Positions 19,981 to 28,599 are shown, counted from the first letter of the stretch. The stretch: 64,000 nt of DNA from an uncultured Nitrososphaerota archaeon (GCA_963703285.1 OY969807.1:2016001-2080000); one strand, 5' to 3'. Translations and numbers: made by a program. Notes: generated by a model from the letters alone, not told the origin.

Positions 19981-20087
19981 CTACTCCTTGTCTATGAACT
20001 CGGCGGGGTTCGGCGGCTCCGGCGCCAGCCCCTTCCTCTTCCTAATCTCCATGACCAGCGGCAGGAGCATGTTCGTCGGGACCGACT
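19981..20087 (-). repeat. 107 bp copy of aEF-2 3' end
   Basis: 4 mismatches to 20818-20924 (3 synonymous, 1 T>M). Confidence 0.97.
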
Positions 20088-20504
20088 TCCTACATCAATC
20101 CAACCTAGATGTTCGCGTCTTCCGATCTCCTTGAGCCGGTCGAAATGCCGATCGGACGATACGATTGCCTCAGCCCGGGACCGCATCGCCGAGGCTGCGT
20201 GGATCGCATCTCTGGGGTCGAGCCTGTACCTCCTGATCAGGTCGAGTGCCGACGGCAGCAGGTCGCCATCGACGGACAGGATTCCCAGACCCGGCATCGT
20301 CAGGTAAGCCTCTCCGGCTGTGGCCGCGTCCTCAGGGCTCCTGTGCCTCTTGACCACCCAAACGATTTCGTCGAAGGCGAGCGCCGACGATGCTGCCTGC
20401 TGACGGCCCGACTGCACCTCTCCGAGGAGCGCTCTCGCCCGCTTGCCTATCCTATCCGTGCTCAGAGCCGCGTAGATGAACACGTTCGAATCGAGGTAGA
20501 GCAG
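19992..20504 (-). CDS. vapC: VapC PIN-domain toxin (probable CTG start 20504; C-terminus runs into the aEF-2 copy)
   Basis: LYLDSNVFIYA, FDEI, RDAIHAASA, SSDRHFD. Confidence 0.9.
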   Translation of the reverse strand: MLYLDSNVFIYAALSTDRIGKRARALLGEVQSGRQQAASSALAFDEIVWVVKRHRSPEDAATAGEAYLTMPGLGILSVDGDLLPSALDLIRRYRLDPRDAIHAASAMRSRAEAIVSSDRHFDRLKEIGRREHLGWIDVGSRSRRTCSCRWSWRLGRGRGWRRSRRTPPSS

Positions 20505-20508
20505 GTCT

Positions 20509-20763
20509 TCATTCCCTGCCTTTCAGCTCGTCTTCGTAGGCGTGGGCCGGGACGCGCGATATCGAGCGCCCCTTCGACGCTATTCTTTCGAAGAGCGCCA
20601 CCGAGTCGGTCTCGGCTCTCTCGAGGAGGAGCCTGTCGCCTTCCAGCTTAAAGACGACCTTCGAGCCGGGGTGGACGTTCAGCGCCCTGCGCATGACTTT
20701 CGGAATCACGACCTGGCCCTTGGGACCGACTTTCATCTCCTCCTCTGCCGTGGGTGCGGTCAT
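20509..20763 (-). CDS. vapB: AbrB/MazE family antitoxin
   Basis: KVGPKGQVVIPKVMRRALNVHPGSKVVF; directly upstream of vapC. Confidence 0.9.
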   Translation of the reverse strand: MTAPTAEEEMKVGPKGQVVIPKVMRRALNVHPGSKVVFKLEGDRLLLERAETDSVALFERIASKGRSISRVPAHAYEDELKGRE

Positions 20764-20817
20764 GTAGGTACCGGAAAAGTATAACCTCGATTTATACCTT
20801 CTCGCCCCGCGCCGACC

Positions 20818-23007
20818 CTACTCCTTGTCGATGAACTCTGCGGGGTTCGGCGGCTCCGGCGCCAGCCCCTTCCTCTTCCTTATCTCCGTGACCAGCGGCA
20901 GGAGCATGTTCGTCGGGACCGACTGCCAGAGCTTGAAGTTCGTGTTCCAAGTGGCCTTGCCCGCGGTCGCGCCCCTCATGACCTGCGAGAGGTCGAAGGT
21001 CTCGGCCGCCGGTATCTCGCCCTGGATGATTGTCACGACCTCCCTCTGCTCGACGTTGATGAGCTTCCCCCGCTTCGAGCTGATGACGCCCGTGATGGCG
21101 CCTATCAGGTCCCCGGGCCCCTTCACCTCTATCCCGAGTATCGGCTCCAGCAGCGTCGGGTTCGCCGTCAGCATCGCGCCCAGCACCGCCCTCCTCGTCG
21201 CGGGCATGAGCTGCGCGTAGGTCCTGTGCGCCGGGTCCTCGTGCGGGACGTAGTGGGTCAGCGTCACCTTCACACCCCTGCAGATCTCGTAGGCGAGCGG
21301 CCCGTTCTCCATGATGTCCTCGAACCCGGCCCGTATGGAGTCCATCGACTCCTGCAGGTACTGGACTCCCTTGGTCTCCTCGGTGAGCATGTTGCCCCTG
21401 GGGTCTATGGTCACGACCGACTTGGCGTCGTCCGACGACCAGCCGTTGTCCCTCAGCGTCTTCTGGATGCCCTTTTTGTCCGCCATCTCGTTGAGCGTCC
21501 CGTTCCTGATGAGCTCGACGATGTGCGGGTCGAGCGGCTCTACCTTGATGAATATCTTGTTGTGCCTGTTGGGGGAGCGCGACATCACCGGGCCCGCCGT
21601 GCCCCTGACCGCCTCCCTGTAGTTGATGATGGGCGGCGAGGTGATTATCTCGAGCCCCTGCTGCTGGAGCATCGTCGTCGCTATCTCCAGGTGGAGGACG
21701 CCCATCCCGGACATCAGCGTCTCGCCCGACTCCTGGTTGATGGTGATGATGAGGTTCGGGTCCTCGATGTTCAGCCTGCGCATCGCCTCGACGAGCTTCG
21801 GGAGGTCCCTCGGGTGCTTCGCCTCGACCGCAGTCGTCACAACAGGCTCGGAGACGTAGTGTATCGACTCGAACGGGACGACGTCCTTGAGGTTCGAGAT
21901 TGTCTCCCCCGAGCGGATGTCGAGCCCCAGCAGCGCCGGGATGTTGCCCGCCGGGAGCGAGTCCACTATCTCCCTCTGGAAGCCCATGAAGAGCTGGACC
22001 GACTGTATCTTCCCCTCCCTCTTGGAGTTGAGCAGGTAGACGGGGTCGCCGTTCGAGACGGAGCCGGAGAAGAGCCTCCCGACGCCCACCAGGCCAGCGG
22101 CCGGGTCGACGACGACGTTGGTGACCATCATGACCATCGGGCCGTTCTCGTCGCACGCCAGGAGCGACTTGCCGACGTCGCTGTTGAGGTCGCCCTGCCA
22201 AATCTTGGGGATGCGGTAGGCCTGCGCGACGTGCGGCGGCGGGTGGTGCTTCACTACCATGCCCAGGAGAGCCTCGTGGAGCGGGAGCTTCTTGCCCAGC
22301 CCCTCGGGGCCCACTGTCTGGTAGGCCTCGATGATGTCCTTGAACGACATGTTCGCCTGCTTCGCCATGACCGCGTTGAAGCCCCACTTGTCCTTGGACG
22401 AGCCGAAGGCGACCTGCCCGGCCGCGACCGTCACCTTCCACTTCTCCTTGTACTCGGGCTCCGCGTAGGTGTCGATTAGGCGGTTGAAGTCGTTTACGAT
22501 GTTGAAAAGCCACTTCTGCATCGCTTCGGGGCCTAAACGAAGCTCTTTTATCAAACGGTCGATTTTATTGATGTATAAGACCGGACGGACCCGTTCTTCG
22601 AGTGCTTGCCGCGTTACAGTCTCAGTCTGGGTCATAACTCCTTCAACCGAGTCTACAACGACGATTGCGCCGTCAACGGCCCTCAAACTGCGCGTTACTT
22701 TGCCAGTGAAGTCGATGTGGCCCGGCGTATCGATTAGATTGATTACATAGGGCTGCCCTTCCTCTTCGTAGTACAAAGTGACGTTTGCTGCCTTAATCGT
22801 CATCTGTCTGGACTGTTCCAGCTCCATATAGTCCAAAGCGAGCGCCTGTCCGGCAACGGAGGGTGAAAGCATCCCGCATGCGGCTAAAAGGGAGTCGGAC
22901 GTAGTGGTCTTCCCGTGGTCGACGTGTGCGATGATCCCCAGGTTCCGTATGTGCGTCCTATCGTGGACGATTTTTAGAGCTTCGGTTGTCGACTTGAACT
23001 TCGGCAT
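20818..23007 (-). CDS. fusA: Archaeal translation elongation factor 2 (aEF-2)
   Basis: AHVDHGKTT, NLIDTPGH, INKIDR, SPNRHN, HEDPAHR; 729 aa. Confidence 0.99.
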   Translation of the reverse strand: MPKFKSTTEALKIVHDRTHIRNLGIIAHVDHGKTTTSDSLLAACGMLSPSVAGQALALDYMELEQSRQMTIKAANVTLYYEEEGQPYVINLIDTPGHIDFTGKVTRSLRAVDGAIVVVDSVEGVMTQTETVTRQALEERVRPVLYINKIDRLIKELRLGPEAMQKWLFNIVNDFNRLIDTYAEPEYKEKWKVTVAAGQVAFGSSKDKWGFNAVMAKQANMSFKDIIEAYQTVGPEGLGKKLPLHEALLGMVVKHHPPPHVAQAYRIPKIWQGDLNSDVGKSLLACDENGPMVMMVTNVVVDPAAGLVGVGRLFSGSVSNGDPVYLLNSKREGKIQSVQLFMGFQREIVDSLPAGNIPALLGLDIRSGETISNLKDVVPFESIHYVSEPVVTTAVEAKHPRDLPKLVEAMRRLNIEDPNLIITINQESGETLMSGMGVLHLEIATTMLQQQGLEIITSPPIINYREAVRGTAGPVMSRSPNRHNKIFIKVEPLDPHIVELIRNGTLNEMADKKGIQKTLRDNGWSSDDAKSVVTIDPRGNMLTEETKGVQYLQESMDSIRAGFEDIMENGPLAYEICRGVKVTLTHYVPHEDPAHRTYAQLMPATRRAVLGAMLTANPTLLEPILGIEVKGPGDLIGAITGVISSKRGKLINVEQREVVTIIQGEIPAAETFDLSQVMRGATAGKATWNTNFKLWQSVPTNMLLPLVTEIRKRKGLAPEPPNPAEFIDKE

Positions 23008-23075
23008 AAACTAAGCCTGCTTCGAAAGCCGTCCGATGCGTGATGGTTATAACGTTTTACGCATTGTAAGTCGCC

Positions 23076-26000
23076 TTGCCCTCAACCGAAACCGACATTC
23101 CGACCGCCCAGACAAATCCCGTAATCTCAACTCCAGAGTCTTGGAGACAACGAGCTAACTCCGAACTAGAGAACATAATCCAGCTCTTCTCATCGAAAGA
23201 ACTTCCAGACCTGTGCGCGAAGGCAATCATCAACGCCCCTGAGAAACCCTCCTCAAAGTGGTCGTTCGGAAACCAACTTCTCATGCTCCTGGCTGGAACC
23301 TCTGATGCCCGCGGTTTCAGGCAGTGGAACGAAGTTGGGCGCTGGGTCAGCAAGGGCGCGAAGGCGTTCTGGATCCTGGGGCCGGTCAGGAAGAAGGTCA
23401 AGACCAGCAGAGACGCCTTAGAAGACCAGGGAGAAGGGGCGCAGGAGTTCAGGGAAATCCTCGTGGGGTTCAAGGCGATTGCCGTCTTCAGGTACGAGGA
23501 CACCTACGGCAAGGACCTCCCTGTCTACGAACCGAGAAGCACGCCTCCGCTCATGGAAGTCGCCGAGAGGTTCGGCATGAAGGTCCAGTACGAGCGACTC
23601 GCCCCGGGCGTGTACGGAGCTACCGACCACACGAACAAGACAATCGTCTTGGCCACGGAAGACTGGGACACCTTCTTTCATGAACTAGGCCACGCCGTCC
23701 ACAGGAGTTTCGAACCTAAGAGCGGTCACGGGCAGGAGCTTGAGGCGGAGACGGTAGCTCAGCTCGTCGCAGCCACCCTCGCCAGGCTCTACGACAGACC
23801 AGCAGACAACTTCAGCTGGAGCTACATCGCCAGCTATGCAGCCTCGAACAGCCCTCAGCAGGTCGGCAGAATGTGCATGCGTGTACTAGCGCGTCACGAA
23901 AAGAGGTAGCCTGCTACCTCTCTGCTGTAAGGAGCAATGCCCGAAGAACTGTAGTCAAACATCAGAACAGCCGTCCTAAACCGTAGGACTATATTCCCCT
24001 ACCTACCACAACTATTCCATGCAAAGTAGCGCCATTCGGACAAAGGTATTAATGACGCACGACCACATCAAACACAGACACGACATGAAGACTTCCAGAA
24101 GAGGAATTGGAACAGCAATCATTGCCATTGTTTCAGTCGTGGTCATCCTGGTCGGAGCGACAGGAGTCATTGTACTCACGTCACAGTCGAATACTTCCCA
24201 TTCTTCCAGTCCATCGACTTCTTCCAACTTATCATCGACCACTACTCTGCCGGTCAATACCAGTCAAACTCTTACCACCCAGTCGCAAACGACCTCGACG
24301 ACGATCTCTAGCTCGTGCTCGGGGTATCAGTCGGGCGGTGATTGTCTTGCGACCTACAACTACACTTTCATCGTTTCCGTAAACTATACTGGTCCGTGGA
24401 AGTTGACGTATCTGGGATACAACAACCTCGGCCAGACCAATCCTACGAATGTCAGTGGGAGCTACACTGGTAGCGGTTTCTTCGCCAAGAACGTTACCAT
24501 GACATCAGTAGTTACCGGCGGCCTGACTCTTTGCGCCACAGCACAGAAACTCGACAGCTCCAACAATACCCTCATCGTAACCGTCACTGGCTCCAATGAA
24601 ACATCCGTTCCGTATGGGTCTACCTCGTACTGCGCGAGCGCAGTACCATAAGCTGGAACACCTCATCACCAGCATGCTCAGTCATCTCCATCCCACACTA
24701 CAGTAGGTAAGGCTGGGCGTCCTCGACCGCAAGGTCAGGACTCCCGAAGGTGAAAGTCGTCTGGCTTGTTGGGCTCTGAGCAGAGTCCAGCATGGGGCTA
24801 GCCCCAGACATAGACAGCCGATAAGGGAACAGCCTAGGTTCCCGAGACGGCGACCTTAGGACGGACACGGCAACGTTAAGGAATCCACAACAGGTAGCGC
24901 ATGCGCCATGCGAAGACGCTAGGATAGGACGAAGCGCGCATGGTATAGAGAGCTACCACACTTTACTCAAGGACGAAGTGTGGCAAATCCCCTCCTTCAG
25001 GCAGGCGAGAACCGGCCAGCGAGCTGGAGCTCTCTCGGTAACTGGTGGGTGCCTAAATCCGTCCGCAGAAGTGCTCCTTACAGAACGTGAGACCCAACCC
25101 GGTCTGACTCCCGTCGATAAAGGGCGAGAGGATAGGACGGCTGCGTCCGACTTGACCGGGTTGGCTCCGAGGAGTCATAGTACCCTGAACGTCGGCCAAT
25201 TACCGACCTGTGGGGAAGGACTCTAGCCTGAAATCCGAAGTCTGAACTGTGCAGAAGGATGGATTCAGTCCACGAAACACAACAGGAGGTGAGAGAATGG
25301 ACTCAAACAATCAGTTGGGTGAGCAATCACCCAATCCAGTAGTCCGCAAGGACGAAGGCAGAGTCATTCTCCATATCCAGAGTGGGCTCGCCATAGCAGC
25401 AACAAGACAACCGAACAAACGGTTCCACAACCTACACCCGCTACTCTGGAGAAGAGAGTGGCTCAAATCGGCTCTGGAAGCAGTCCTAGACAACACTGGC
25501 GCGAAGACCTCAGGCGTAGACGGAGTGTGCGGGGCAGACCTGCACGAACCGTCTGCTAGGGCCAGATTTGTCGAGGAACTGCGGACAGAACTGAAACACA
25601 AGACCTACCACCCCTCGCCTGTCCTGAGGAAGTACATTCCGAAGGCCAGCGGAGGGAAACGACCAATAGGCATTCCAACGCTGAAGGATAGGACAGTTCA
25701 GATGGTCTTGAAGATGGTTCTCGAACCAATCTTTGAGGCCGACTTCCTGCCCAATTCCAACGGCTTCCGACCTGAGCGAAGCACGCTGGAGTGCGTATTG
25801 CCCATGTATCAGTACGGGGACAGCAAGCGTCTGTACGAATGGGTCATCGAGGGAGACATCGAAGGGTGCTTCGACAACATCGACCACTGGATACTGATGG
25901 AAGCTATAGAACGAAGGATAGCCGACCCAAAAGTCCTGTGGCTGATCCGCCGATTCCTCAAGGCACCCGTCATCGAGAAGGGCATCCGAACTCAGACCAA

Positions 26001-27244
26001 GAAAGGAACCCCGCAAGGCGGAGTCCTTTCGCCACTCCTAGCCAACATCTACCTCAACGAGTTTGACCAGCATTGGTACGAGAGCTGGGGCAAACTCACC
26101 TACAAGCAGAGAAGACTGCGACGTGAGAAAGGGCAGGCAAGCTGCGTGCTGTTCAGGTATGCGGACGACTTCATCCTGAGCGTGAAAGGCACTCAGGAGC
26201 AGGCCACCGCAATCATGGACAACATACGCAGCTTCTTCACGGAGAAGCTGAGGCTGAGCCTGTCCGCAGAAAAGACGCGTGTCGTGCATCTGGAAGCTGG
26301 ATTCGATTTCCTCGGATTTCGCATCCAGCGAGTAAGGCTAGACCACGGCATGTGCGTCAGGATACGACCAACACAAAAGAACCTACTCCGACTCAAGTAC
26401 AAACTGCAAGCCATGCTAGGGCCGAGCGCGAAGAGCGACGACCCTCAGATGAAGATTGCAGCCATGAACAGAGTCTTGAGAGGATGGGCAAACTACTACA
26501 GAACCGTCAACTCACATCAGCAATTCGCTACGGGAGACTTTCTGGCACAGCGCCTGTTCTATCAATGGTATTGTAGGAAATACCAGATAAGCGTCCAGAA
26601 ATGCCTCTCCGTCGTGCTCAGAAACGGTAGTGTAGTCATCCAAAGAGGGCCGGTCAAGACCGAACTCTTTAGGATGAACTCGAACAAGAGCATGCACACC
26701 TCACTGAATCACAGACTTGTTTGGAAATACAGGTCAATCAGCAATCCATACATCCGCCAGAACCACACCGCAACCAGCGTATCAGAGGAAAACGACGACC
26801 CAATCGTTGATGTGCCCAACATCCACCCGATTGCGCCCGAGTACGATGAAACCTATCTCTCCAACCGCTTTCTGGCGTTTGAGAGGGATGGATGGAGGTG
26901 TACTCTGTGCGGCAGTCGGGAAAGACTTCAGGCGCACCATAGGGAACCTGTCCCCAAAGGAATGGTCTTCAACCCGCAGGTCGTGCACCGGGTCGAAAAT
27001 CTTCAGACATTGTGCGCGACATGCCACAGTAGGCTACCTAGAAACTAGGCAGCCGAAACCCATCCATCCAATGCACAAGAAGAGGACGGAGGACGTAGGG
27101 GTGAAAGCCCGGTGATGCGAAAGTATCACGCCGGGTTTGGGAGGGAGGGTGCGTGTTTCCTGCCTGAAGCAATTCTAGCGTGGCAACGCACTCTTACCTC
27201 AGGACAGGACCAAGAAAGTCCTCGACCTCATCTATGCGACCTAA
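23076..27244 (+). CDS. ArdC-like ssDNA-binding/zincin antirestriction protein, split by a group II intron (exon 1 23076-23888, exon 2 27203-27244)
   Basis: WSFGNQLL, RGFRQWNEVGRWVSKGAKA, FFHELGH, ELEAETVA; splicing gives ...CMRVL|DRTKKVLDLIYAT*. Confidence 0.8.
24041..24052 (+). promoter_or_regulatory. Putative BRE/TATA promoter of the intron cargo gene
   Basis: CAAAGG-TATTAA about 33 bp upstream of ATG 24085. Confidence 0.45.
24085..24651 (+). CDS. Secreted/membrane-anchored S/T-rich protein inside intron domain I
   Basis: MKTSRRG followed by hydrophobic IGTAIIAIVSVVVILVG (class III signal-like), S/T linker, beta-rich domain with 4 Cys. Confidence 0.8.
   Translation: MKTSRRGIGTAIIAIVSVVVILVGATGVIVLTSQSNTSHSSSPSTSSNLSSTTTLPVNTSQTLTTQSQTTSTTISSSCSGYQSGGDCLATYNYTFIVSVNYTGPWKLTYLGYNNLGQTNPTNVSGSYTGSGFFAKNVTMTSVVTGGLTLCATAQKLDSSNNTLIVTVTGSNETSVPYGSTSYCASAVP
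25297..27048 (+). CDS. ltrA: Group II intron reverse transcriptase/maturase with HNH endonuclease
   Basis: RPIGIPTLKDR, GDIEGCFDNI, GTPQGGVLSPLLANIYL, YADD, FDFLG, RGWANYY, CxxC..HH..NLQTLCxxCH; AGGAGGT before ATG 25297. Confidence 0.97.
   Translation: MDSNNQLGEQSPNPVVRKDEGRVILHIQSGLAIAATRQPNKRFHNLHPLLWRREWLKSALEAVLDNTGAKTSGVDGVCGADLHEPSARARFVEELRTELKHKTYHPSPVLRKYIPKASGGKRPIGIPTLKDRTVQMVLKMVLEPIFEADFLPNSNGFRPERSTLECVLPMYQYGDSKRLYEWVIEGDIEGCFDNIDHWILMEAIERRIADPKVLWLIRRFLKAPVIEKGIRTQTKKGTPQGGVLSPLLANIYLNEFDQHWYESWGKLTYKQRRLRREKGQASCVLFRYADDFILSVKGTQEQATAIMDNIRSFFTEKLRLSLSAEKTRVVHLEAGFDFLGFRIQRVRLDHGMCVRIRPTQKNLLRLKYKLQAMLGPSAKSDDPQMKIAAMNRVLRGWANYYRTVNSHQQFATGDFLAQRLFYQWYCRKYQISVQKCLSVVLRNGSVVIQRGPVKTELFRMNSNKSMHTSLNHRLVWKYRSISNPYIRQNHTATSVSEENDDPIVDVPNIHPIAPEYDETYLSNRFLAFERDGWRCTLCGSRERLQAHHREPVPKGMVFNPQVVHRVENLQTLCATCHSRLPRN
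27105..27202 (+). ncRNA. Group II intron domains V and VI
   Basis: aagcccggtgatgcgaaagtatcacgccgggttt hairpin; agggtgcgt/acgcactct and gagg/cctc stems. Confidence 0.92.
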
Positions 27245-27491
27245 AGCAACCCAAATGCGGCTATTATTCAATAGCCATTATCTCTCTTTTTTGAACGAGT
27301 TTTTAGATGAGAAACCGACAAAGGCCCCCTGTTTAGAGAGTTTTGTTCATTACAGGATATGTTGCATTCGTTGCGCGAGAGACTTTGACTATAGAAGTGC
27401 GATGACCAATCAAGTTTATACGATTCCTTATTCTGAAGAGCCGCCATGATTAAGCCTGGTCTTGCCTTGGTTGCGGTCGGTGGGTTCTCAC

Positions 27492-27680
27492 TTATCCTGT
27501 CGTCTGCATTTGGTGACTTGCTTGGATTTGTAGGAGGCATATCCATCGGATATGGCTTTGTTGAGTGGCTCGCGTCTGCCATCTTGCCTTGAGATACTTC
27601 TTGATCTTCTGCTCCCATTCCTCTTGAGTGATTATGCCCTTCCCTTCGAGGGCTTGCGCTAGGGCGGTGATCATGTCCAT
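27492..27680 (-). pseudogene. Fragment of a small helical protein gene
   Basis: DMITALAQALEGKGIITQEEWEQKIKK is protein-like; the upstream frame contains a stop. Confidence 0.35.
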
Positions 27681-27860
27681 GTGAAATCAAACGAGAGAAG
27701 TAAGCACTTCAACGGACATTTGGATAACTTTGATTGCGGCTTCCTCAGAGTTCAATACTCCGGGTGCCGTCGTCCCGACACCTGAGGCAGTACTTGGAAA
27801 AAGTGATGCAAGATAATCAGGGATGCCAAGTTCGGTAGGTACAAGGTCAGGGATAGTTTT

Positions 27861-27899
27861 TTGGTCCGAGGCTTCTGCATCCAGTGCAACAAGGAGGTC
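27861..27899 (+). repeat. Repeat A copy 1: 5' end of a Zn-finger gene (MVRGFCIQCNKEV)
   Basis: 39 bp, 2 mismatches to 30422-30460. Confidence 0.9.
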
Positions 27900-28109
27900 A
27901 ACGAGTGCTTAATCCAGCTCAATGACCCGGCGCCCAAGAATCGACTGATTCAGAAAGGCTATTCAAACGAGCAAATGAAGCAGATGCCGCATGTCGGATG
28001 CGCCATCGCCGAAAGGTCCGGAAGCCTCTGGCCTCCCCAAGCTCGGGGAGAAGGTCGCCGCCATATCCAAGCTTCACGAATGACGTTCGGAAGGCAGTGA
28101 GGAGTCATC

Positions 28110-28508
28110 ATGCCTCTCAAATACCCTGAATTCAGCGAACTTGCAACGATTAACAAGGAAGCCGTCGCTCTCACAGGTGAAGAACACAACTACGACTCGT
28201 ACGATGAAGAGGGGCTACGAGCAATACTTGCAAATCTTCAGGGGCTGTACAACGACCTTCCCGGTCTTGAGTGCATAACTAACAAGGTAACTTACCTCAT
28301 TTTCAGCATAGCCTACGAGCAACGCTTTCACGAAGGAAACAAGCGTACAGCCTTGATCATCGGGGAGACGTTTCTGAAGAGAAACGGGTACACAATCGAC
28401 ATCGAGGACCAAGGATTATTGCAAATATTGGATAGGTGTGCAATTCAAGCGGCAACCTTAAAAGACCTCTACCCAGAAATCAAACGTCTGATCAAGAATG
28501 ACCGATGA
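28110..28508 (+). CDS. Fic/Doc family protein
   Basis: QRFHEGNKRTA motif, FLKRNGY. Confidence 0.85.
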   Translation: MPLKYPEFSELATINKEAVALTGEEHNYDSYDEEGLRAILANLQGLYNDLPGLECITNKVTYLIFSIAYEQRFHEGNKRTALIIGETFLKRNGYTIDIEDQGLLQILDRCAIQAATLKDLYPEIKRLIKNDR

Positions 28509-28599
28509 CGAACATGAGGCGTGGTTGGAGACAGCGGCCTCAATTATCGAGGAACATAGGGCATTCTTGACATACGTCGGGTCAGAAGAGAGAAATTAG
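28498..28599 (+). CDS. Putative small antitoxin partner of Doc (33 aa)
   Basis: Overlaps the Doc stop; MTDDEHEAWLETAASIIEEHRAFLTYVG. Confidence 0.4.
   Translation: MTDDEHEAWLETAASIIEEHRAFLTYVGSEERN

Larger units (their letters stand above)
23889..27202 (+). mobile_element. Group II intron (3314 nt) with RT ORF and an extra cargo gene
   Basis: 5' GCGCG; domain I stem ctgtaaggagca 23925-23936 / tgctccttacag 25072-25083; DV 27105-27138 with AGC triad and GAAA loop; DVI with bulged A at 27196; removal restores the host frame. Confidence 0.92.

Noticed and set aside
16654-20087. CRISPR array
   Set aside because: The repeats are fragments of a coding gene with variable length, spaced 0.4-12 kb apart, and no cas genes are present.
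23889-23909. ardC-like gene ending at 23909 (ARHEKR*)
   Set aside because: These bases are the intron 5' end; the natural C-terminus is at 27203-27244.
25297-27048. RT as part of a DGR or retron
   Set aside because: It has maturase and HNH domains and is followed by DV/DVI; differences between the repeat pairs in the window are not adenine-specific.
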